Assembly: GCF_009834535.1 (NCBI RefSeq)
Contig: NC_045696.1
Span: 24,244,001-24,308,000 of the forward strand
Direction of reading: 5' to 3'
Source of the DNA: Camelus ferus
Taxonomy: Eukaryota
DNA: 64,000 bases
Shown here: positions 1 through 11,512 of the stretch, in pieces
Layout of the letters: every line of letters starts with the position of its first letter
Numbering within the stretch: the first letter of the stretch is position 1
Made by a program: the position numbers and the translations under genes
Notes under the pieces: model-generated
The model's input: the letters and a program-made list of their open reading frames with translations, nothing else
Database searches by the model: none
What the model was told of the DNA's origin: nothing

Positions 1-149
1 AAAAACTTTTATTCCATGTTGAGAGTCATTAAAGTATAGAAATACATTTGAGGCTTTTAAAAAATCCTTAGGAAACAATAGTCAAATCAAAACAGTATTT
101 ACAGGTGAGTGGATTAAATTTGTCAAGGATTGAGACACTGTTTTGTGGT

Positions 150-335
150 GGTTTTGAACAAGTGTGAATCCTAACTCTGCCGCTTACTTAGTGACTGTTG
201 ATTTTGGCTTAATAATCTTTCCTCCTAAGGTTCTGTGTTCGCTTCTGTAAAATGGGAATAACTTTATAGAATTGTTTTGATAATTAAAGGAATTAAACCG
301 TAGAAAGCACAATGCAGTTCCTGGCACCTGGCTCA
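150..335 (+). mobile_element. MIR SINE fragment
   Basis: Degenerate MIR core (gaatcctaactctgccgcttact...ctgtaaaatgggaataa...aaagcacaatgcagttcctggcac). Boundaries approximate. Confidence 0.6.
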
Positions 336-588
336 CAGTCATTTTTAGTCCTTATTATTCTGTACATACCTTTTGGACATGGCCTTGAGTACTTGTGGGA
401 AATACAGTTTTGAAGGCTTTTAATGTAAATGGTTAATGTTGGAATTTTGGGAGTGAGTGCTTTTTCCTTTTCATTTGTATAATGCTTATCTAGTTCACGT
501 AAATTAAAATGCTAAAATATCCTGAATCTTTTGAAGTAAAAATAGCACCTAGTTTATATTTTGTAAAAATAGATATTTATGTTGCATC

Positions 589-906
589 TGCTATAGTCTA
601 AATGTGAGGTCCCCCCCAAATTCATATGTTCAAACGTACCCCCCGCCCTTAATGGTATTAGGAAGTGGGGCCTTTGGGAGGTGATTAGGTCATGATAAAG
701 ACCCAAGAGAGATCTCTTTTCCATTCTGCCATTTGAGGTATACTGAAAAGATGGCTCTCTGTGGACCAGGAAGCAGGCTGTCCCCAGACAGTCTGCCCTC
801 ACCTTGATCTTGGACTTCCCAGCTTCCAAAATTGTAGTCAATTTCTATTGTTTTCAAGCCACCCATCCATGGAGTTTTATTATAGCAACCTGAGTGGCCT
901 AAGACA
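589..906 (+). mobile_element. MaLR solo LTR (MLT1A/MST-like)
   Basis: Starts TGCTATAGTCTAAATGT...CCCCCAAATTCATATGTT and ends ...CTAAGACA. TG...CA termini, flanked by a perfect 5-bp TSD GCATC (584-588, 907-911), typical of MaLR. Confidence 0.9.
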
Positions 907-1364
907 GCATCCATTTTTGTGGTCATTCCATGGCTTTGTACTTTTAATCCGGTCTTTATTCTTGTATCTGTTTTCCTTCCCGCTACATTTCCTGTGTGTA
1001 GAGTGACCCAAAGAAGAAGTAAGGTAGAGCAGGAGGAGGTGAGGACTGTACCAGAGGTCAGTCAACCTTAGGGTGATGAGGTACGCTTTCTGGACCAAAG
1101 ACTTCAGTTGATTCATGACTACTTTTTAAAGTTTCACTAAGAGAATAATTTGTATTGCTTTTGTTTACTATTGTGGAATATGGCAAAAAGATTTTAAAGG
1201 AAAACTCTATTTTTCTCAGTAGCTTTCAGTAATTTTTTTAGAGTTGTAATTCATCCAGTAATTTCTCAACATGACAGCTAATAAAAGATTGCTAATATAT
1301 TATGAGTATTATATTAAGTATAGAGTTAAGTTTATCCTGTATGAAGTTAATTTTTTATATCTTC

Positions 1365-1557
1365 TATTTTGAGCCCCGTATGTCTTTAGTAAGTTATTTA
1401 ATGGCATAGGGATTTTACATTTATAGGAATTTTCAAAGTTTGTAAGACTTTGACGAGGAGGTAGTGTGGTTTGGTCTTACAAACTTTGAAAATTCCTATA
1501 AATGTAAAATCCCTATGCCATTAAATAATTTATTCAAGACATACTAGGCTCAGAATA
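1365..1557. repeat. Long inverted repeat (84-bp arms, 25-nt spacer)
   Basis: 1394-1448 is the exact reverse complement of 1474-1528 (55 bp). The outer 29 bp (1365-1393 vs 1529-1557) pair with 6 mismatches. Confidence 0.95.
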
Positions 1558-1644
1558 CAGTACTTCCTTCCTTTGGATGAACACTAACAGTTTTGCAGAA
1601 TCTGGTTAGGCATATAGTGGTTTAGAATAAAACTTCAAAAAAAA

Positions 1645-1729
1645 TATTTTTAATGGATATATGGAGGATTGAACCTAAGACCTCGTGTGTGCTAAGCACG
1701 TGCTCTACCACTGAGCTGTATCCCTCCCC
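1645..1729 (-). mobile_element. tRNA-derived SINE (camelid Vic-1-like)
   Basis: Minus strand reads GGGGAGGGATACAGCTCAGTGGTAGAGCACGTGCTTAGCACACACGAGGTCTTAGGTTCAATCC: pol III A and B boxes, followed by an A-rich tail. Confidence 0.8.
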
Positions 1730-1984
1730 TCAGAATATAATTTTATTATTTGAAGTATATTAAAGGTCTATATTTAGAATACCTTTGCTTCAGTCTTATG
1801 TTTATTTTTAATTCTTAGTTAAGAACAAACACACTGTTTACATGGTTATTCCTATGAGAATATGTGAATCACATTGAGAGATCTTGTTGTCTGTCATATT
1901 CCATGTTCTCTAGGCACACAGCGTAGAAACAGGGGAGGACACCTGACAGCCATCTTCATTTTAGTTTGGCTTAACACATTTCAG

Positions 1985-2695
1985 GAAACTGAGGATGGAG
2001 CAGTGAACAAAAGGGGGAAAAAATGCTGTCCCCTTGGAGCTTACATTTTATTGGTGAGATAAAAAGATAAAGCAATTCAGCTTCATTGTATCTCACTGAC
2101 AAGTGCTAAATAAAAATTGGAGCAGAGAGGGCAGCATGGAAGGTCTGGATGGAGTGGGTGTGAAATTTCAGATTAAGTCCAGGGATGGTCTCACCTAGAA
2201 GCTGACATGAGTCAAGGCTGAGTTGCTGTGGGAGCTGGCAATGCAGCTCTCTGGGGAGAAGAGTTTTCCAGTCAGAGGCCCTGTGGTGGGAGTTGGGTGG
2301 ATAAGGGGGAATGACAGGAGGTGAGGCCGGAGGAGAAGCCACGACGCAATTTTGAGCAGGGGAGTGACCCAATATTACATTTTCACAGAATCACTTTGGC
2401 AGTTGTGTTAAATAGACCAAAGAGGGTATTAAAAGCAGAAGCTGGGAAACCAGTTAGGAAGCTGTTGTAATAATCCAGGAGGAATGATGGAGACTTGAAA
2501 GGGGCAGTAAGGAGTAGTTGGATTCTGGATGTTTTTAAGACAAAGCCCATAGAATGTGCTGTAGAATTAGACTGAGTGGGAGAGGGTTGCCGCCAGGGTT
2601 TCAGCCTGAACAAGGAGAAGAATGGAGTTGATATTATCTGAGATTAGGAAGTGTAGGAACATAGTTACTGACATGAAATTTGAGATGTCAAATAA
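1985..2695 (-). mobile_element. L2 LINE fragments
   Basis: L2 3'-region motifs (cagtgaacaaa...ccttggagcttacatt; gaaaccagttaggaagctgttgtaataatccagg; ggattctggatgttttt). Boundaries approximate. Confidence 0.7.
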
Positions 2696-4199
2696 ACAAT
2701 TATATATGTATTTCTTGAAGACAGATCAATATGTATTTTTTTTAAAGATGACTTTTGCCAGTAATCACAGGAAATGGCTTTTAACAATAACTAAAAACAA
2801 TAAAGAGAGAATACAAAAAGGAGGAATAAAGTGTTAATGCTGGGAGGAGGAGTATTTTATGTTCCATTGAACAAATACAGGGAAACACCAGAACTAATTT
2901 TAAGAGTATTCAAACAAGAAGCATTTATACACTGAGTATTTATTTGGTGCCTACTGTAATTTTAGTTCCAAAAATTCCATATGAAATGTATTTATTCTTT
3001 GTGTCAGTGCCTCAATTTTGAAGCCCCAAACCTTGTTAAACATACACATTAAAAAAGGAAATAAATACATCACAAGGACCAATGATATGGGCGTAGTGTA
3101 TGTCTGTTCCCTCCGAAACATGATGCAATCAGTGATCCTTGTAAAGATGTGTGTGGTTAACGAATAGGTTATCTTCCCCTACCCCAACCTCCTCAGTATT
3201 GTGCAGCTGTAGTTAATGCTCAGCCATGTCATTCAATAGTGATCCAAGTCAAGAGGAAGACTCAGTACAATATATCTTAAGTGAGTTTATCAGGGATGAA
3301 TGGCTTTTCTTTTGAGGAGGAATTAGTCCAAGATGTCTTTTAACCAGATTATTGTACTTATTTGCATTTAACAAGTACACAGCATGTAGCTGAGATTTTT
3401 CAGTCTGTGTGCATCACATAAAATGCTGAGAAGCACCTTGCAAAGCACCTTTCATATCATAGGTACTCAAGAAATATTTAGGTAGAAAATTTGATTTAGA
3501 ACATCATTATCATTTTAATTTATTGTAAAATTGGAAAAAAATTATACGACATGAAGTTGGTATTGCTCGATAAAATGTGCCCTATCTATAGTGCAAGGTT
3601 GTTGAAAAAATTGAATTATAATTGTTTTGTCAGGTAGGAGTACTGTGTAATAAATACAGGAAATTATTTATTAGTAAAGAAATTTTGCTCTTATGTAAGA
3701 TGGATTAGGCTTTTCTTATCACACTTGAACCGTCATAAATGACTATGTGACCACTGGCCCCATGACCAATGAGGGAAAATACTTATATTTAGAGGGGAAA
3801 TCTGTTTGTTCAGAACATAAAGTATACTGAATTTCTTTAGTTTACCTATTTCTCGTGTTAAATAATTTTTGCAAAATGACCATCTCCCATGAGAGAGTTC
3901 TGCAAATTTGCAGTAATTAAGCAAGCATTGTTAGTTTCATTTGAGACCAAATTGACGGTGGATGTGAATTAGGCTCATTCTTTGACCAAGCTATAAGTTT
4001 TCAGCCACAAATTTGCTTTCAAGTTCTTTGAAGTGTATTTCCTTATGTATGCCATTGTTTTTGTTTTTTAAAAAGGAGAGTTGGGAAAATCTTTTGCCTA
4101 GCAGTTAGTATTTGTTCATGTGTGCAAATTGTTAACATGCTTACCTAAACAAGATTCTTGTCAAAGTAAAACTGATTTGCCAAATATAGCAGCTCACTT

Positions 4200-7100
4200 T
4201 TTTTTATTATGTAAACAAGAATGATGTAAACAAGGGATGTATTTTAAATTATGAAGCACAATATCAAAATGATCTCCCGAGAAACCCCAACCGAAGTGGA
4301 ATCAGAACTTTACCAACACACTTACCTCTCTCCGCATGGGCCTCTCCTGGCCTAGCTTTTACCCCTACTGCCCTCCCTCAGCCCTGGACTACTCTTCAGT
4401 TTGTGTTAATCATTACTTTCTTTTTAATAATACTGCTTTTATTGCATGGTTCCTTAAGTAATATGCTGTTCAATTTTACTTTTTTGTGATATAAAAATGG
4501 CAGCATTCTGTATGTAGTCTTCTGAGACTTGTTTTTTTCATTCACGGTGTTTTCTTTGAAATCTATATTGTTGTATGGAGTTGCAGTTCATTTATTTCAC
4601 TGTGGAGTAATATTCCACTGTATGAATTTATTTACTATTATCCTGGTGATGGACATCTGGGTTATTGTTGTTGGGTGCTTTGTTTGCTTGTTTTGTTTGT
4701 TTTCGATATATCTTTATTGATGTGTCTGTACATCAATACAGATACCTGTGTATGTGTGTAAGTAAACTACAAGCTTTGCTAATATCAGTGCTCTTTTTTA
4801 TGTTTACAGGAGCACATGTGCAAGACTGTAGGCCACATACCTAAGAGTAGAAGTGTAGAGAATGTTCAGTTATATGAAGTAATGCCAAATTGTTTTCTGA
4901 AGTCTCTGGACCAACTTCCATTCCACTAGTAATGTATCAGAAGCTCCCATTGAGCCAAATCATTGCCAAAACTTGGAATTCTCAGGCTTCTTAACTTTTC
5001 CTAATTTAGTGGCTGCAAAATGGCATCTTATTATGGTCTTAATTTGTTTTTCTGTGATTGCTAATGAAGTTAGTTGAACTTCTTTTCATGTGATACCATT
5101 GGTGGTTTTCTTACACAAAATGTTTATTCATATCTTTTGTCCATTATGTACTTAAAACCATGCATTGAATGCATTTATTTTTTATACTTTTAAATTCTAA
5201 AATAATAACCCCTTTACAGAAAAGTTGCAAGTACAATAAAGATAAATTTTTCCCCTAAAGATTTGACTTGATGCCCCATCACCCTCAAGGAGTGTATGTT
5301 TCCTACAAACAAGGACATTGTTCTATAAACCACAATAAAACCATGAAAATCAGGAAATTAACATTGATGCATTACTATCATCTAAACCTCAGATCTCATT
5401 CAGTTTTCACAAGTCACCCCAATAATGTTACAATAATGTAAAAGGATCTAGTTTAGAACCATGCCTTGCATTTTACTTGTCACATCTCTTCCCACTTTTT
5501 CAATCTGAAACAGTTCTTCGGTCTTTGTTTGACTCTCAAGACCTTGGAGCTTTCAAAGACTCTATAGTCCGGTTATTTTGCACAATGTCTCTTCCTTTAG
5601 ATTCATCTGCTGTCACCTTATGACTAGGTATAGGCTTTGCATATTTGGCAGGAATATCACAGCTGTCAACGGTGTCTTCTCTTTTCATCTTACTAGATGG
5701 GCACAGGATTTCATTTTGACCTATTACTGTTGATCTTCACTTAGATTGCTTGGTTCAGGCCAGGCTTCTCTAGTCTGAAATTACTCATTTTTCCTCTGTA
5801 ATTAACAATTATTTTGTATGGAGGTGCTTTGAAACTATAAATAACCCCTTCTTGATCAAACTTTAATTTAATTAAGTAATTTATACACTATGAGCTCATG
5901 ACTTTATTTTATGAATTTTATTCAATGAACTATAGTCCATTACTATTGTTACTTATTTTGAAGCTCACCTTACCCTGATTTAGCCAGTGGAATCCCCTTC
6001 CAGTTGGCTTCTGTGTCCTTTTGACACGCCGTTCCTCGTCCACGCTGCTGCCTCCAATTTCATTCCCGTGTTATAGAATTAAGTCAAGTTTTCTCTCGTC
6101 TTTTGGTACCTCCTCTCTAACAGTGAGAAACTTGCCTATTATTTACATATATGTGGTCAGTCTGCCACTTTCATCAACCCTCTCCTACCCCACAGTTCTA
6201 TTTGAGCTTCAAAGTTATCCTCACCCCACTTGGATTCCTACATTGCACAACAAGGTATATCTTTTTATGGGCACCTAGCTCCAGCACTGACAACCCAGAG
6301 TTGGACCACTGCCGTGCAGGGTTCTGCTCACCCCACACCACACCTCCAGAGCTTGGACTCTAACTCCCACACCACACTGTTCCTTCCACACCACCAAGGA
6401 CACCTGCCTCATCTTGCTTGGGCTCTGACACCCCTTATTAGGGATACCCTGTTGGCATTTTGCCTATTTTTAATTAAAATGTATAAGATACACACACACA
6501 TTTATTCTGGATACTAAAATCTTTTTTGGCAATGTGCTTTGTGATGTTGTAGTTCATCCTTTCATTTTTCCTGCTTGTATTTGTTGATGAATGGAAGTTA
6601 TTAATGATAATGCAGTTAAATTTATTAATCATATGCTTTATAGTTAACTCTTTCTGTATCTTAAGAAAATTCTCTCTGCTCTAAGTTCTTAAAGATATTC
6701 TCATATTTTATTTTAAAAATATTAAAGATTTAACCTTCTCTACTTAAAACTTCAGTCCCTCTGGAATTTATTTTTTATATATTATGCAATAGTGATCCAA
6801 CTTCTTTTTCCCCTCAAATGAATAACCAATTGCTTCAGCACTCCTGAATGATTCCTTCTTACTTCCATGACCTGCAATACCACTTTTGTTAAATATCATT
6901 TTCTGAGGGGGAGGGTATAGCTCAAAGTGGTAGAGTTCAATCCTCTAAAAAGTAAATAAATAAATAAACCTAATTACATCCCCCTGCCAGGAAACAAACA
7001 AAAAAAAAAGTAAAAAGTAAAGTTAAATATCATTTTCCTTATGTGTGAAGGTCTGTTTCTTCTCTGGTGGTTGGTTGGTTTCTTTTCTAGGAGCACACTA

Positions 7101-7550
7101 GCTTAATGGGTAGAGCTTTATAGTAAGTCTCTGTGTAGGTAGAGTAAGTTCCCAGTTGTATTGTTTTTCTGACTGAGGCTTGTCTGTTACTGGCTTTTGC
7201 TGTTCCATTGTAAATTTTAGAATCAACTTATAAAACCTTTGGATTTAGATTGGCATTGCTTTCAATGTATTAGTTAAATTTGAGGAGACTGTCATTTTAT
7301 GGTATTGAATTTTTCTATCAGGAACATGGTGTGTCATCCTATTTGTCATATTTAGGTTGTTAAATACATTAAATACGTCTTTCAGTGTATTTTCTCCATA
7401 TGGAACTTGCAGTATATTTAAGGTGCTTTCATTCTTTAGGTACATTTCTTGTTGGATATTTTTTAAATGTTATTTTCTGTTTTTTACTGGTGTGTAAAAA
7501 TGCAGTTGACTTTTTTAATGTGATTTATATTTAGTCACAATGAATTGAAT
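4200..7550 (-). mobile_element. Nested old L1M fragments (L1ME/L1MC-like)
   Basis: L1M 3'-UTR motifs (aatattccactgtatgaat...gatggacatctgggtt; acagaaaagttgcaag...aaacaaggacatt...aatcaggaaattaacattgat) and decayed ORF2-like sequence at 6500-7500. Subfamily names are tentative. Confidence 0.7.
6904..7021 (+). mobile_element. tRNA-derived SINE (Vic-1-like), internally deleted, 16-bp TSD
   Basis: GGGGGAGGGTATAGCTCAAAGTGGTAGAG joined directly to TTCAATCC, then an A-rich tail. Perfect TSD GTTAAATATCATTTTC at 6888-6903 and 7022-7037. Confidence 0.85.
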
Positions 7551-7679
7551 ACTAAAACCTGTTCAGGTTAGATGTCAGACATGCTCAAAAGCAAATAACC
7601 AAGATTAAAAGGCCAGGTTTTTACTCTGAAATCACTTTTGATGTTTTAATAAGTTCTCGGTAGATAGTCATCTCTATTT

Positions 7680-8185
7680 TTTATAGTTTTATTGAGATAT
7701 AATTTTAAGATATAGTTTTATTGAGATATAATACACATACCATAAAAGTCACCCATTTAAAGTGTTCTTTATAGTCACATAGGTGTGCAACCAATACCAC
7801 AATTGAATTTTTGAACATTTTCATGACCCTAAAAGGAACCCCATACCCATTAACAGTCACTCCCCATTCTTATCCTCCTCCATCCCCAACCCTAGGCAGC
7901 TACCAGTCTATTCTCTTTCTCTGAATTTGCTTGTTCTGGACATTTCACATACATGGAATCATGTAACACATGGATTTTTTTTGTGACTGGCTACTTTCAC
8001 TGAGCATAATAATTTCTAAGATTTGTTTATATTGTAGCATGCAACAGTGGTTCACTCCTTTTTATGGCTGAATAATATTCCATTGTATTGAATGTTTCAC
8101 ATTTTGTTTATTCATTGGTTGATGGACACCTAGGTTGTTTCCAATTTCTGAATAGTGCTGTTGTGAGAATGCAATACAGGTTTTC
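7680..8185 (-). mobile_element. L1MB-like 3' end
   Basis: ttttattgagatataatacacataccataaaagtcacccatttaaagtg...ttttatggctgaataatattccattgta...gatggacac, the usual L1M 3' terminus in antisense. Confidence 0.8.
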
Positions 8186-8869
8186 TGTTCAATTGCACTT
8201 GTCTTGTTCACTTTGTAATTCTAACACCTAGCACTGTGTCTAGCCCCTAAAATTTGTTCAGGTAACAAATGAATAGTTTAGTATCTTGCTTTCTTAGCAG
8301 TCATATTCCAGTCATTTTGCTATGTCATTAAATATTTTTTGGAAACATACATTTTAATGATCGTATAATATCCCACAACAGAATTATAACAAAGTTATTT
8401 AAATGTTTTATTATTCATAGACATCCTTCTTTCTTTCATGATTCACAATACATTGGTATTTTCAGTTTCCTTGATTTGGACTTAAGGCTAATTTTTCCAT
8501 ATATTAATATTAGACAATTTGTAAATGTTAATCTGTGATACTGGTTTATATTATATTTTGCTAGTTTTTATTTAAATATATTTTTAGTTTATCTTTCATG
8601 TGGTCATGTATTTAGCTCAGAAGGGTTATGATAATGCTTTAATAGAGACCAACCGTTAAAAGAAACAATTCTAGAATGTGGCAAAATATCAGACATAACC
8701 TGTGGGCCCTGAATATTTTTTACTTTCTACATGAAAAAATGTAGACTCATGAACTTTATATACTATTACCAGGTGTCCTGTGCTACCTGGATCAAGACCA
8801 TGGCAAGTGGGTAGCAGTAGAGAAAAGTCAGGAGTTACGTTCCAGAGAGCTGTCAAGGCCCTGGCTAGT

Positions 8870-9040
8870 TTTCAGAGTTTGAGTTCCACTCGTAAGTTCT
8901 TCCTAGTTTTGTGATTTGGGGTACTTAAACTCAGTTTCCTCATCTATAAAATGAGGAGGAGAATCGTCATCTCATAGGGTTGCATATAAAGGACTGAGGG
9001 CAGTGTCTGACACGTAGTAACTGCCCAGTACGTGAAAGCT
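8870..9040 (+). mobile_element. MIR SINE fragment
   Basis: ctcagtttcctcatctataaaatgagg...ctcatagggttg...cagtgtctgacacgtagtaa. Confidence 0.65.
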
Positions 9041-9714
9041 CTCAGTACCTTCTATCTAAGTCCCTCACAGTCCTGAGAGTGTTGGAAGAGGGGTAGCTGT
9101 AAGGGTCCCTTATGCTTCAAGGTGTCATGAGCAGATCCCAGCCAGCCCATTAATAATGTTTCTCCAAAGATGTTTAGTTTTATTTTTTGTCAGGAGTTGG
9201 TCATTTTCTTCATTGAATATGCCTGTTTGGAGACTATTTCTTGTATGCTCATGTGCCAAAAAAGATACAGCCAGAAAGGTGGTATTTTAAAGTACCACTA
9301 AGTTAGTTATACCTTTTGGCATCAACTTGTAGGTTACTATTCCCAGCATTCATAAATATAGTTATGGTTACTTTCTTTTTCAACTTTAAATTAAAAGATA
9401 ATACTTTTTTTTTCTAAGAAGAAAAGAAGTGTGATTAAACATTGAACAATTAAATTTTATTTGAATTTCAGTGCTTTAGTAGATACTGTTGACAAGGGGC
9501 AGGATGGGGTTGTCTTGAGTATAGCTTCTGAGGTTGGGGACTGGGAATTTAGAAAATTTCCAAGGCCGCTGGCACATTCTAATAGAAATACTAAAATGAT
9601 TGTAAATATGATTATTTTTAACTTCACATGTAAAGCACTGCCTTGCAGTTACAAATTATCAGGAAAAGTGATTTTTCCCTACTCCTCTTAGAATTCTTCT
9701 TAGAATTTATAGTC

Positions 9715-9890
9715 GAGGCTCAATTTGAATCTGAGATCTGTAATTTTGGACATGACACTTAACCAGCCCTACTCATTGTTTCCCTCCATAAAATGGGACA
9801 GTGCCTTCTCTGCTTGTTTCACTGAGTTATGAAGATCAAATGAGGTCATGTCCATGAGAGTGCTTTGTAACTGGTGAAGCATGTAGCTTA
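9715..9890 (+). mobile_element. MIR SINE fragment
   Basis: gtttccctccataaaatggga...gttatgaagatcaaatgag...agtgctttgtaac. Confidence 0.6.
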
Positions 9891-10039
9891 CTAATTGTGG
9901 CTCCAGTTTGTCCTGTCAGGCCTGCCCTTTTCTCACTACCAGTTGGTAGGTCGCTGGTGAGGGTGACATGATAACCCAGAACCCTGTTTGTTTTATACTT
10001 GTGCTAGGGAATGGACAGTGGGAGACTATTGCTATTTTC

Positions 10040-10945
10040 ATCCATTAATTTGTTTTATTTATTATAAAAGAAATACATGTTTATTGTAAAGAAACTGGAA
10101 AATATAAATCAGCAGAAAGGAAAAATAAAAATTACCTCTAACTGCAAAAATAACTGCAACATCTATTTTTGTATAATTTTAAGACAGAAATTCACTTATA
10201 CTGAACATAATGTTCTGTTTCCTATTTTTATCACTTAATATATAATGTAGTATATTATTCCATAAACTTAATTTCCTTATGTGATATTTTAATGGCTACA
10301 TAGTATATAATAATATGCTTATGGCTAAATATTTGTATATATCCTCAATTTCTTGTTCATTAGGATAAATGTTGGACTTGCTACATTAGTGGGCATATAG
10401 CATTTTAAGAAATAATGTTTTTTAGCTTTATTGAGGTATAACTGACATGTAATAAACTGCATATATTTAAGTGTACAATTTGATAATTTTTGACAAATAT
10501 ATACACCCATGAAGCCATCACCACAGTAAGATAATGCTGTTTTATAATCCTTCCTTCCTGTCCCTTTTCACTCCTCTGTCCCCAGGCAACCGCTGAGATC
10601 TGTTTATGCTCCCTATAGATTAATTTGTATTTTCTACATTTTTATGCAAATAAAATCACACACTCTATATTCCTTTTTGTCTGAGTTCTTGTACTCAGCA
10701 TAATTATTTTGAAATTCATCCATGTTGTTGTTTATGTCAATAGTATATCCTTTTTTGTTACTTGTGTAGTAAATGTTCCATTATATGGCTATACCATGAT
10801 TCACTCACCTGTTGATAGGCATTTGTGTTGTTTCCAGTTTTTGGCTATTAAAAATAAAACTGCTTTAGACATTGGTGTACAAGTCTTTTCTATGGACATA
10901 AACCATTTGGTATTTATTACCAAATTGTGTTCTGGGAAGGTTACA
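10040..10945 (-). mobile_element. Old L1M fragments (L1ME-like with nested L1MB-like piece at ~10420-10900)
   Basis: ttagctttattgaggtataactgacatgtaataaactgcatatatttaagtgtacaatttga...ttcactcacctgttgataggcatttg...ccagtttttggctatt. Confidence 0.75.
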
Positions 10946-11386
10946 TAGGTAGTATTTTGAAACAGAAAAAACTTAATATGAAGGAAACAAGCTGGTTTTT
11001 TCTTCCTTTTTTTTCCTTTCATTTTTCCGTTTTGGGAAGATTTAGAATTTTTAGATGTAACTTAATTGAATTAATTTGACAGAAATTGGAAATTCACGAA
11101 GTTTAATAAGTACATCGTAGCAACTATAAATCTTTTTCAGTTTTTTGTTGTTGTTGAAGCATCTACTTTTATCAAGTAAATATATTGTCTAGAAAGCAAG
11201 ATCTGTTGCTTTCCTTTTATGACCAAGTTATATTTCATAAGCAATCCATATTTCTGTGTCAAATGACTCTTTTCTGCATTGAACTTGAACAAAAAAGATA
11301 CTGGGAAAAGTTTACATAACTTCACAAAAGATATTCCAGAATCTGGTTTGGAGTAGATGGCAAACTATCTTTTTCCTCTTCTTAAG

Positions 11387-11512
11387 ATACTCACTAGGTT
11401 GAAGGAGGAGGAGCGGGGAATCTGAAGACTCCAGATGACATCAGAGCTACTTTTCAGCAGCCTTCTCAGTTTCCTTTCTCAGAAAGCAGAGACTCATATC
11501 TTAGAGACAATG
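11387..11512 (+). other. NRIP1: NRIP1 5'-UTR exon (penultimate; equivalent of human exon 3)
   Basis: Pyrimidine tract plus AG acceptor (ctttttcctcttcttaag|) and donor (|gtgaga). Body GAATCTGAAGACTCCAGATGACATCAGAGCTACTTTTC...TCTCAGAAAGCAGAG closely matches my recollection of the human NRIP1 leader exon preceding the coding exon. Confidence 0.85.

Noticed and set aside
1660..1729. Possible tRNA gene
   Set aside because: Acceptor stem does not pair, it has a SINE-type head and A-rich tail, and a related copy with TSD exists at 6904. It is a SINE.
7682..7732. Short tandem duplication tatagttt(t)tattgagatataat
   Set aside because: Ordinary slippage duplication at the end of an old L1.
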